Assembly: GCA_002269645.1 (NCBI GenBank)
Contig: NIVC01000391.1
Coordinates: forward strand, 248,001 to 312,000
Length of the DNA: 64,000 nt
From: Macrostomum lignano
Taxonomy: Eukaryota
Direction: 5' to 3'
The position numbers and the translations under genes are program-made. The notes beneath the pieces were generated by a model. The model was not told the origin of the DNA. It ran no database searches and worked only from the letters and a program-made list of their open reading frames with translations. Positions 24,866 through 42,700 of this stretch are shown here, one piece after another. Each line of letters starts with the position of its first letter. The first letter of the stretch is position 1.

Positions 24866-26744
24866 ACTTCAAAAAGCAAATAATATTATTTAGCACTTGA
24901 ATCTTGATTTTTAGATTAGGCCCTAATATTCTTGAATATGTTCACTAAAGTTAAACCACTAGATTGAAAATAGAACATATCTCCTTAGGTTTATAACTAT
25001 AAGTGTTTATAACTATAAGATTTTATGTTTTTAAAGGTCATTCATAAATTAAAGAAATTCTTCTAACATTGCTTATAACTCTTTTGGAATACTCTTTACT
25101 TTGTTATATTTGATTTTGCTAGGCAACAAGTTTTGAAATGTCTATTTTTGTCTATATTTTCAAAGAATTAAATCTAATAATAGGGGCTTTATATATTTAT
25201 ATTTATATTATATAGGCCCTATGCTTACTTATACTATCAACCATATATATTTTCTTTATTGATTGCTTGGTCAACTAATACAATATTTATATTGCCATCT
25301 AATTTGATAAATATAAGCTTGTTTGCATCTTATATTTCTGGCTTTATGATACCTTAGAGGTTAATATTAACAAAGCTGCTACTTTCTCAGCTAGGAAAGG
25401 GCTGGGTACACTGGAAAGCTCGAAAATAATCATCTCAGAGCAAGATAGTTCAGAAATCATCGAAAAAATGATTTAACAAACGAAACTTGAAGATTGCCAC
25501 TTCTCTACCTATATAACTTTTGCTGACAAATTTTTAAATACATTTTCTAACACCTATGACACTTAAAATGTTGCAAAAAGTGTTATAAAAGTATTAGAAG
25601 ATGTGTCTGAAAATGTGTTGGCAATAATAAATTGTTATAATACTTTTTTCCCAATATTTTTCCAACATTTTTGCAATATTTTAATTGTTGTAAAAAAGTA
25701 TTGCCATGTTGGAAGATGTATTTGAAAATGTGTTGGCAAAAAATATACAAGTAGCTTCTCCTTGGTTATATATTCATTGTAAGTTGCATTTGCCTTTATT
25801 TGCCTAATTTTCTTTTTAATATTTAAGACATTTTTTACTTTTTAAAAGATTTTTAAGTCTTTTAATACTGCAACATAGACATTGCATATATTGCTTATGC
25901 CAACATGGAAACAGGTCAGATTTATTATTTTTTATTACGCATATTTAATATTTAAAATAAACTAAATTTGCATATCCATATCTTTGCCATTAAGCAACAT
26001 AACAAATATGATAAATATTTGATACAAGTAAACACAATAATAAAGAATTACCTAAAAATTATTTATCAATAAAAAAACTTCTAAAAAACACCCAATGACC
26101 TTTATATATTTGGTATTAAAAAGGTTGTTATTAAAATAGATAATCCCAAAATGACTTTTACTAAACTGACTCAAGTGACTATTACCAAAGTGACTATTAT
26201 TAAAGTAACCAGTACTATCTATATTTATGCCTTAAAGTTAATATTGATATAGTTCTATTATTTAACCATTTTTCATATATCTATTTATATCTAGCTAAGA
26301 TTGCCTAGGTCCTTGGACAATATTTATTCTTAATTAACTTAGCCTTTACAAGCTATTTCTTTATTTTCAACTAACTGGAAAGCCACTAAAGGTTAAGCTT
26401 TATAGCAAGTGCTAGACATCTAAAAAGGTAGCCAATATCTATTGATTTTATATTATGATTATAGAATGTAAGAAATTAAAGAATTATATTTGGCAAATAA
26501 CACAAGGAAAATGTGGATAACCATATATATATAGGCTTAAAAATGAACAACAAGTGGCATGCAAAATGCCATCAAGATTTTTCAAAAATTTACCAAGATG
26601 CCATGATGATGATAGCTATTAGCTGGTAAAAAGAAAATGTCATGTTCTTTGAATAAATATCACTTGTAATAAAATACTTAATTGACAAAATTCTCCCTAT
26701 TGACAATAAAAATGGCACTAAAATATCATTCATGGCTTTAAATA

Positions 26745-33340
<6,596 letters not shown>

Positions 33341-33449
33341 AAGTGCGGTGGCGGGGCTGCGTTAGCGTTACTTTGCCTGCTGTGTTGTTTTGCACAGTGC
33401 TGAAATATTTTTGGCCTGACTTCTTGTATGATTATTGACCCTATTAACT

Positions 33450-34650
33450 ATCCACCCCTACAATGACACATCCGCCCCCACTATCCGCCCCTACAATAAG
33501 AGATCCGCCCCCACTATCCGCCCCTTCAATATGACAGCTGCCCCCACTATCCGCCCCTACAATAAGACATCCGCCCCCACGCCACTATCCGCCCCTACAA
33601 AAGTCTATCCGCCTTTACAATAATCTATCCGCCCCTACAAGAATCTGTCCGCCCCTACAAGAATCTATCCGCCCCGCTGTAAAAGTCTATCTGCTCCTAC
33701 AAGATATCCGCCCCTACAAGAATCTGTCCGTCCCTACAAGAATCTATCCGCCCCTACAAGAATCTGTCCGCCCCTACAAGAATCTGTCCGCCCCTACAAG
33801 AATCTTTCCGCCCCTACAAGAATCTGTCCGCCCCTACAAGAATCTGTCCGCCCCTACAAGAATCTATCCGCCCCCCTGTAAAAGTCTATCTGCTCCTACA
33901 AGATATCCGCCCCTACAAGAATCTATCCGTCCCTACAAGAATCTATTCGCCCCTACAAGAATCTATCCGCCCATACAATAATCTATCCGCCCCTAAAATA
34001 ATTTTTCCGCCCCTAAAATAATTTTTCCGCCCCTACAATAAACTATCCGCCTCTACAAGAATCTATCCGCCCCCTGTAAAATCTATCCGCCCCTACAAGA
34101 ATCTATCCGCCCCCTGTAAAATCTATCTGCTATCCTACAATAATCTATCCGCCCCTACAATAATCTATCCGCCCCTACAATAATCTATCCGCCCCTACAA
34201 GAATCTATCCGCCCCTACAATAATCTATCCGCCCCTACAATAATCTATCCGCCCCTACAATAATATATCCGCCCTACAATAATCTATCCGCCCCTACAAT
34301 AATCTATCCGCCCCTACAATAATCTATCCGCCCCTAAAATAATCTATCCGACCCTACAATAATATATCCGCCCCCTGTAAAATCTATCTGCTCCTACAAT
34401 AATCTATCCGCCCCTACAATAAACTATCCGCCCCCTGTAAAATCTATCTGCCCCTACAATAATCTATCCGCCCCTACAAGAATCTATCCGCCCTACAATA
34501 ATCTATCCGCCCCTAAAATAATCTATCCGCCCCTAAAATAATCTATCCGCCCTAAAATAATCTCTCCGCCCCTAAAATAATCTCTCCGCCCCTACAAGAA
34601 TCTATCCGTCCCCTGTAAAATCTATCTGCTCCTACCAGATATCCGCCCCT
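33450..34650 (+). repeat. ~20-bp minisatellite (TATCCGCCCCTACAAKAATC)
   Basis: Directly visible; the core is the reverse complement of GGGGCGGATA. Confidence 0.95.
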
Positions 34651-35099
34651 GCAATCTGGCTGCAACATGAGCAATATTTACTTCCAAGCTCAAACCTTAC
34701 AAGAGTAAGTGCAGTTTTTATTTTCTGAAACCCTATTTATTACATGTATTTTGTGCTTTTTTCTGCCATATTTTTACAAGCAGGTGTGTGGCATCGATGT
34801 GTATACTTTTTATGAATCTCATTCATTCGTTTTGTGCTCTATATTTTTCTTTCGAGACTTCATTCGAAATCTCCATACATCTGATTTTATTCCACTTTTT
34901 GTTGGGCGTTTTTCGCAAATTGATTTTTCCAGTTTTCGTGTATTTTTTGGTATTTTTGGCGTATCTTATTGTTCTGTGATGCTGATTGTTTTCGAACGTT
35001 GTCTTTTTGTCGGTCACTGGTCAAGGAAATATAGTTGCAATGGTGGTTTGCTGTTTTGTCAGAAAACTTTTTGGTTAAACTGAATTGAAGAAGATTATA

Positions 35100-36185
35100 C
35101 TTAAGATTATTAGAAGATTATCCATAGGATTATCGGAATATTATCCGTAGGACTATCAGAAGATTATCCGTAGGCTTATCAGAAGATTATCCGTAGGATT
35201 ATTAGAAGATTATCCGAAGCATTATCAGAAGATTATCCGTAGGATTATCGGAAGACTATCCGTAGGATTATGGGAAGATTATCCGTAGGATTATGGGAAG
35301 ATTATCTGAAGGATTTTAGAAGATTATCTGAAGGATTTTAGAAGATTATCTGAAGGATTTTAGAAGATTATCTGAAGGATTTTAGAAGATTATCTGAAGG
35401 ATTTTAGAAGATTATCAGAACATTATCCGTAGGATTATCAGAAGATTATCCGTAGGATTATCAGAAGATTATCTGAAGGATTTTAGAAGATTATCAGAAG
35501 ATTATCCGTAGGATTATGGGAAGATTATCCGTAGGATTATCAGAAGATTATCTGAAGGATTTTAGAAGATTATCTGAAGGATTTTAGAAGATTATCAGAA
35601 AATTATCCGTAGGATTATAGGAAGATTATCCGTAGGATTATCAGAAGATTATCTGAAGGATTTTAGAAGATTATCAGAAGATTATCCGTAGGACTATTAG
35701 AAGATTATCCGTAGGACTATTAGAAGATTATCCGTAGGACTATTAGAAGATTATCCGTAGGATTATCAGAAGATTATCCGTAGGATCATCGGAAGATTAT
35801 CCGTAGGATCATCGGAAGATTATCCGTAGGACTATCAGAAGATTATCCGTAGGATCATCGGAAGATTATCCGTAGGACTATCAGAAGATTATCCGTAGGA
35901 CTATCAGAAGATTATCCGTAGGACTATCAGAAGATTATCCGTAGGATTATCAGAAGATTATCCGTAGGATCATCGGAAGATTATCCGTAGGACTATCAGA
36001 AGATTATCCGTAGGATTATCAGAAGATTATCCATAGGATCATCGGAAGATTATCCGTAGGACTATCAGAAGATTATCCGTAGGATTATCAGAAGATTATC
36101 CGTAGGATCATCGGAAGATTATCCGTAGGACTATCAGAAGATTATCCGTAGGATTATCAGAAGATTATCAAATGGTTATCCGTAC
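35100..36185 (+). repeat. 23-bp minisatellite (AGAAGATTATCCGTAGGATTATC)
   Basis: Directly visible tandem units. Confidence 0.96.
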
Positions 36186-36311
36186 AGATTAAGGGGGATT
36201 ATCCTGCCTAAAATCCCTTTGGAAAATCCCAATCCAATATGCATTATCAGCGATAGCCAATGCAACAAATTTTTTTTGAAATTTCATGCGGCGCAGCTCA
36301 TCTTTTCTCAC

Positions 36312-37025
36312 ATGCGCCGTCCCGCGGCAGAACGCGACGTCGGAACGTCGGAATCGCCCGACACGACGGACGCCGAAGCGATGCGCGCCGAAATGATTCA
36401 AATCGGCGCCGGCGACAGTTTCGCTCGCCTGCTGGCCGCGGCCGAATCTGCCAAGAAGTCTGCCGCTGCAGATAATACGAATAGTACATCGGGCGGCGGC
36501 GGGGCGTCGTCGACCTCGCCGCCAGCCTCGCCCTTCTCCCTGGCCAACGTGTGCTGGCTGCTGGCCGCGCTGGCCCTGCTGGGCTACACGGACCTCGTGC
36601 CGCTCGTGCTGTTCGACTCCGAGAGGCTCCGTCGCGGCTGGCTGACCGCCGGCGCCGCCCTCATCGGCCTGACGCTCTGCCTGGCGCTGTACTGCGCCCT
36701 CTACCTCACCACCTACCTGGGTGTGCCGTCCAGCCAATGGGAGGTGCGGCACCCGGCCCTGATCCCCATTGCCGCCGCCAGCTTTGTTCTGGGCAGCCTG
36801 TGCCTGACCTACGCCCTGTGGCCTGTGTACCACCTGCTCACCCTGCCTATTCTGTTCACCCTGCTGGTGGCCTGCGCCATCCTGGTGGCCATGATTCCCA
36901 CCGGCCTGCTGCCCGACGTGCCAGAGCCCGACGCTTCGTCGTCCGATGACGAAGCTGAGAAAGAGGATGACGGGGCGGAGCTGCCGGAGCCCGACGGTGG
37001 CTGGAAGGGGAGCAAAGTTGATTAG
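36312..37025 (+). CDS. TMEM128: TMEM128-like four-pass membrane protein, single exon
   Basis: First ATG of the open frame (MRRPAAERD...). Four hydrophobic segments with FSLANVCWLLA, LALYCALYL, HPALIPIAAASF and ALWPVYHLLTLPILF, matching the TMEM128 pattern (YPALIPITTASF, ALWHVW) from memory. Confidence 0.8.
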   Translation: MRRPAAERDVGTSESPDTTDAEAMRAEMIQIGAGDSFARLLAAAESAKKSAAADNTNSTSGGGGASSTSPPASPFSLANVCWLLAALALLGYTDLVPLVLFDSERLRRGWLTAGAALIGLTLCLALYCALYLTTYLGVPSSQWEVRHPALIPIAAASFVLGSLCLTYALWPVYHLLTLPILFTLLVACAILVAMIPTGLLPDVPEPDASSSDDEAEKEDDGAELPEPDGGWKGSKVD

Positions 37026-37129
37026 AGCGACAGGAATTTAGTAATTATTATAACGTAGTCAATGCGTTACCCGTGCTGTCATTTGATTAATCTCTATGCA
37101 ACTTTTTTTTAGACATCTTTGTCATTCAC

Positions 37130-37810
37130 AATCTGTATTGAATATTGAAAAATCCTCATTTACAATAAAAATCCCCATGTACCGCAAACATCCCCAACTT
37201 ACACTAAAAATCCTCATTTACAATAAAAATCCCCATTTACCGCAAACATCCCCAATTTACACTAAAAATCCTCATTTACATTTACTCCCCAATTTGCACT
37301 AAAAATCCTCATTTACAATAAAAATCTCCATTTACCGTAAACATCCCCAATTTGCAAAAAATCCTCATTTACAATAAAAAATCCCCATTTACAATAAAAA
37401 ATATTTACTATAAAAATCCATTTACTAAATCCCCAAAAAAATCCCATTTACTACAAAAATCCTCATTTACAATAAAAAATCCCCATTTACAATAAAAGTC
37501 CCCATTTACCATAAAAATCCCGACTTAAGCATATGCAAATCCCCATTTACCATAGAAAAACCCCATTTACTATAAAAATCCCCATTTACAATAAAAATCC
37601 CCATTTACTATAAAAAATCCCAATTTACAATAAAAATCCCTATTTAGCATAAAAATCCCGAATTAAGCATCTGCAAATCCCCATTAACCATAAAAAATCC
37701 CCATTTACAATAAAAATCCCCATTTACCATCTGAACATCCCTATTTGCCATAAAAATTACCATTTACAATAAAAATCCCCATTTACCATAAAAATCCCCA
37801 TTTATTATAA
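37130..37810 (+). repeat. ~19-bp A-rich minisatellite (AAAAATCCCCATTTACAAT)
   Basis: Degenerate tandem units. Confidence 0.9.
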
Positions 37811-38289
37811 AATATCGGCTATTTTTGCATCTGTGAATCGCAACAGATCCCCACGCAGCAACAAAGAGTCCTTAATGTGCAATGCGAAATTCTCATCACA
37901 CTAAAGCTGGTTGGTTTTTTATGTATATTTATTAATTTGAGCAGTCACTAAGGCAGTGCAATGTTGCGTGCGGCAGCGCTTTGCAGTATTTTCATATTCT
38001 TTTTTTCAATTTTTTTAGAAAGTTTACTTTGAACTGAGTGCTAATGATCTGACTTTAAATTCTGTACATAGGGTGATGCTTAATAGTGCTTGAGATTTTT
38101 TATGCCCGCTGAAATGCTGAGTTCAAAGAGTTTTATTGCCTGCTTCTAGAAGCAAGTACTTCGTAAAATTGTCTTCTTGACTTTATTTATTGACAATTAT
38201 TTAAACTGTTCTTTTATTTAGTGTGGTTGTGCCATTCGCTCTGTCTATGACTGTAGGCATTAGGTTTTTTACGTGTCCGTGATCCAAAA

Positions 38290-39360
38290 AAGCTGTCCAT
38301 GGCCCAAATGAGATGTCCATGACCCAAATGAGCTGTCCATGGCCCAAATGAAATGAGCTGTCCATGACCCAAATAAGCTGTCCATGGCCCAAATGAAATG
38401 AGCTGTCCAGGACTCAAATAAGCTGTTCATGGCCCAAATGAGATGAGCTGTCCAGGACCCAAATAAGCTGTCCATGGCCCAAATGAAATGAGCTGTCCAG
38501 GACTCAAATAAGCTGTTCATGGCCCAAATGAGATGAGCTGTCCAGGACCCAAATAAGCTGTCCATGGCCCAAATGAAATGAGCTGTCCAGGACTCAAATA
38601 AGCTGTTCATGGCCCAAATGAGATGAGCTGTCCAGGACCCAAATAAGCTGTCCATGGCCCAAATGAAATGAGCTGTCCAGGACTCAAATAAGCTGTTCAT
38701 GGCCCAAATGAGATGAGCTGTCCAGGACCCAAATAAGCTGTCCATGGCCCAAATGAAATGAGCTGTCCAGGACTCAAATAAGCTGTTCATGGCCCAAATG
38801 AGATGAGCTGTCCAGGACCCAAATAAGCTGTCCATGGCCCAAATGAGATGAGCTGTTCAGGACTCAAATAAGCTGTCCGTGACCCAAATGAAATGAGCTG
38901 TCCAGGACCCAAATAAGCTGTCCATGGCCCAAATAAGATGAGCTGTCCAGGACCCAAATAAGCTGTCCATGGCCCAAATGAGATGAGCTGTCCAGGACCC
39001 AAATAAGCTGTCCATGGCCCAAATGAGATGAGCTGTCCAGGACTCAAATAAGCTGTCCGTGACCCAAATGAAATGAGCTGTCCAGGACTCAAATAAGCTG
39101 TCCGTGACCCAAATGAAATGAGCTGTCCAGGACCCAAATAAGCTGTCCATGGCCCAAATGAGATGAGCTGTCCAGGACCCAAATAAGCTGTCCATGGCCC
39201 AAATGAGATGAGCTGTCCAGGACCCAAATAAGCTGTCCATGGCCCAAATGAGATGAGCTGTCCAGGACTCAAATAAGCTGTCCGTGACCTAAATGAGATG
39301 TCCAGGACCCAAATGAGCTGTCCATGACCTAAATAAGCTGTCTATGACCTAAATAAGCTT
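38290..39360 (+). repeat. 20/25-bp minisatellite with 45- and 90-bp higher-order period
   Basis: Alternating AGCTGTCCAGGACCCAAATA and AGCTGTCCATGGCCCAAATGARATG; lines repeat every 180 nt between ~38400 and 38800. Confidence 0.95.
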
Positions 39361-39710
39361 TTTATGACCCGAGTTTCTCAGTCTCAATTACTTCATTCAC
39401 AAATTTAGCTGTGAGTAGTGAGCGCTCTTCTTAAGCCCATGGCAGATAGCAGCTACTCAAACTCAAAGCGTCGTCACTCTCTTATCGCCGTTTGCAAAGA
39501 CAGACTGCGGCTTGAGCTGGGAGATTTCAGGCTACACTGGTCTTTTATCGTAATCAGTGTTGATTACATATTCCTTACACTGATTAAATTCTGCCAGGTA
39601 AATCGTTTTGACACATGTTATTAATTTTAGCTCTTGCATTCTCGCGTCTGAAGACGACAACTCGCTAATCCAATCCCAGTATTTGTTTCACAAAGCACTA
39701 AAAATCGACA

Positions 39711-42700
39711 ATGTCCAAGCCGTTCGAAAGACTGCCAACTCACTCCAAGCCGGTGAATTACAATTTGACTCTGACGCCGAATTTGAACGATTTCACTTTC
39801 AAAGGCGAGCAGGTTATCACTGTTCAGGTAGGGTCTTCAATATGTGAATTCTGCTTACATGTAATTGCAGGTTATTTATGAGTATCAATTAATAATGCCG
39901 CTGTCATGCTCTACAGGTCATTGAACCGACAAAGACTCTGGTGCTGAACTCTGCTGAAATTGAAATCCAATCGGCTAAGTTTAACGATGGTGAGTGAGCT
40001 GTCAGCCATCATATGCCATCAGTGCATCTGCACTTTTGAATGCCATCAGATCCTATCAGTGCATCTGCACTTGTGAATGCCATCAGATCCTATCAGTGCA
40101 GCTGCACTTGTGAATGCCATCAGATGCCATCAGTGCAGCTGCACTTGTGAGTGCCATCTGTGCATCTGCACTTGTTAATGTCATCAGATCCTATCAGTGC
40201 ATCTGCACTTTTGAATGCCATCAGATCCTATCAGTGCATCTGCACTTGTGAATGCCATCAGATCCTATCAGTGCAGCTGCATTTGTGAATGCCATCAGAT
40301 GCCATCAGTGCAGCTGCACTTGTGAGTGCCATCTGTGCATCTGCACTTGTTAATGTCATCAGATCCTATCAGTGCAGCTGCACTTGTTAGTGCCATCAGA
40401 TCCTATCAGTGCAGCTGCACTTGTGAATGCCATCAGATCCTATCAGTGCATCTGCACTTGTGAATGCCATCAGATCCTATCAGTGCAGCTGCACTTGTGA
40501 ATGCCATCAGATCCTATCAGTGCATCTGCACTTGTGAATGCCATCAGATGCCATCAGTGCATCTGCATTTGTGAATGCCATCAGATGCAATCAGTGCATC
40601 TGCACTTGTGAATGCCATCAGATGCCATCAGTGCAGCTGCACTTGTGAGTGCCATCTGTGCATCTGCACTTGTGAGTGCCATCTGTGCATCTGCACTTTT
40701 TAATGTCATCAGATCCTATCAGTGCAGCTGCACTTGTTAGTGCCATCAGATCCTATCAGTGCAGCTGCACTTGTGAATGCCATCAGATCCTATCAGTGCA
40801 GCTGCACTTGTGAATGCGTCAGATGCCATCAGTGCAGCTGCACTTGTGAATGCGTCAGATGCCATCAGTGCAGCTGCACTTGTGAATGCGTCAGATGCCA
40901 TCAGTGCAGCTGCACTTGTGAATGCGTCAGATGCCATCAGTGCAGCTGCACTTGTGAATGCGTCAGATGCCATCAGTGCATCTTGAGCGCTCTGTACAAT
41001 CGCGCCGCCTTCCCCCCCCCCGCCATCAGCCTCCGCCGAAATCAGCTTCAACACTGAAGAGGAGACGGTGAAGTTTTCGTTCCCATCGGAGCTGCCGGTA
41101 GGCGAAGGCAAGCTCAGCATGTCGTTCACGGGCATTCTGAACGACCGCATGAAGGGCTTCTACCGGTCAAAGTACACCGACTCTGATGGCAACGAGATTC
41201 GCTGCGCCGTCACTCAGTTCGAGCCCACTGACGCCAGGCGCTCCCTGCCCTGCTGGGACGAGCCGGAGCTCAAGGCCACCTTCGACGTCACCCTGGTGGT
41301 GGACAAGAACCTGACGGCGGTGTCCAACATGTTGGAGGTCAGCCGTACGGAAGTGGCCGACGGTCTTGTCGCGGTGAAGTTCGACCGCACGCCGATCATG
41401 TCCACCTACCTGCTGGCCTACGTGGTTGGCAAATTCGACTATGTCGAAGGTCGGGACGCCGATTTCATCAAGATGCGGGTGTTCACCCCGATCGGCAAGA
41501 AAGATCAGGGGCTCTTCGCCCTGGAGGTGGCTAAAAAGACGCTGCCGTTCTACAGGAAGTTCTTCAACGTTGCCTATCCCTTGCCCAAGCTGGATCTGAT
41601 TGCCATTCCCGACTTTGCCGCAGGGGCCATGGAGAACTGGGGCCTGGTCACCTATAGGGAGACCGCGCTGCTGGTCGATGCGGATAACTCCAGTGCCGCT
41701 ACTAAGGAATGGGTGAGCAGTGGGGGGGGGGTGGATGGCACCAAGGTTTGTTGAGGTATTTCGGACTCATATTACGAAGTATATTCAGATGTGTACCATC
41801 TGAACAATTTTCAGATGGTAAAATTGGTAAAATGGTAAATTCAATTTACAATTTGGTTCCGCCTGCCACCTTAAATTACTTTATCCACGCTCTCAAATGA
41901 CCCGATTCGTGTCCCTAAATAACCTGAATCATTACCTCAAACGACCCGACCCGATCCGTGACGGACCGTGACTCAAATAACCCGATCCGTGTTCTTAAAC
42001 GACCCGATCCGTATCCTTAAACAACCCGATCCGTATCCTCAAACGACCCGATCCGTATCCTCAAACGACCCGATCCGTGACCTCAAATAACCCGATCCGT
42101 ATCCTCAAATGACCCAATCCGTGACCTCAAATAACCCGATCCGTATCCTCAAACGACCCGATCCGTGACCTCAAATAACCCGATCCGTATCCTCAAACGA
42201 CCCGATCCGTGACCTCAAATGACCCGATCCGTATCCTCAACTGACCCGATCCGTGACCTCAAACGACTTGATCCGGGACCTCAAATGACCCGATTTGTGA
42301 CCTCAAACGACCCTATCTGTGACCTCAAATGACCCGATCTGTAACCTCGAATGACGTGGGGTGTAGTTCAGTGGTCTGGCGCGACGCTCTGATGTGTCAG
42401 CGGCCCAGGCTCGATTCCAAGTGCAGTCACATTAATTTGGGGATAAATTGGAATCTCGGCTCGGCTCTGCAGGGCCAACCCCCAAGGTACGCTGAAGTGT
42501 GCATGCCTAACGATTAATAAAGTTAAGGCCGCTGTACACTCATGTGTGTGTGTGCCTGTGTGTATGACTGCGTACTATTGATTTATTGAAAAGTCTTATC
42601 GCACAACTGTTGGTTTTGAACAAAATAGTTTAAGATTGGAAGTAAAGCTGCTTCTTTGAAGTACTGCCGGATGTCCTCTGCGGCTTCTTTTCCCACTTGC

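Noticed and set aside
34709-35083. 124-aa Phe-rich ORF between SRP54 and TMEM128
   Set aside because: T-rich low-complexity DNA, GTG start, no motif, and codon usage unlike the real exons.
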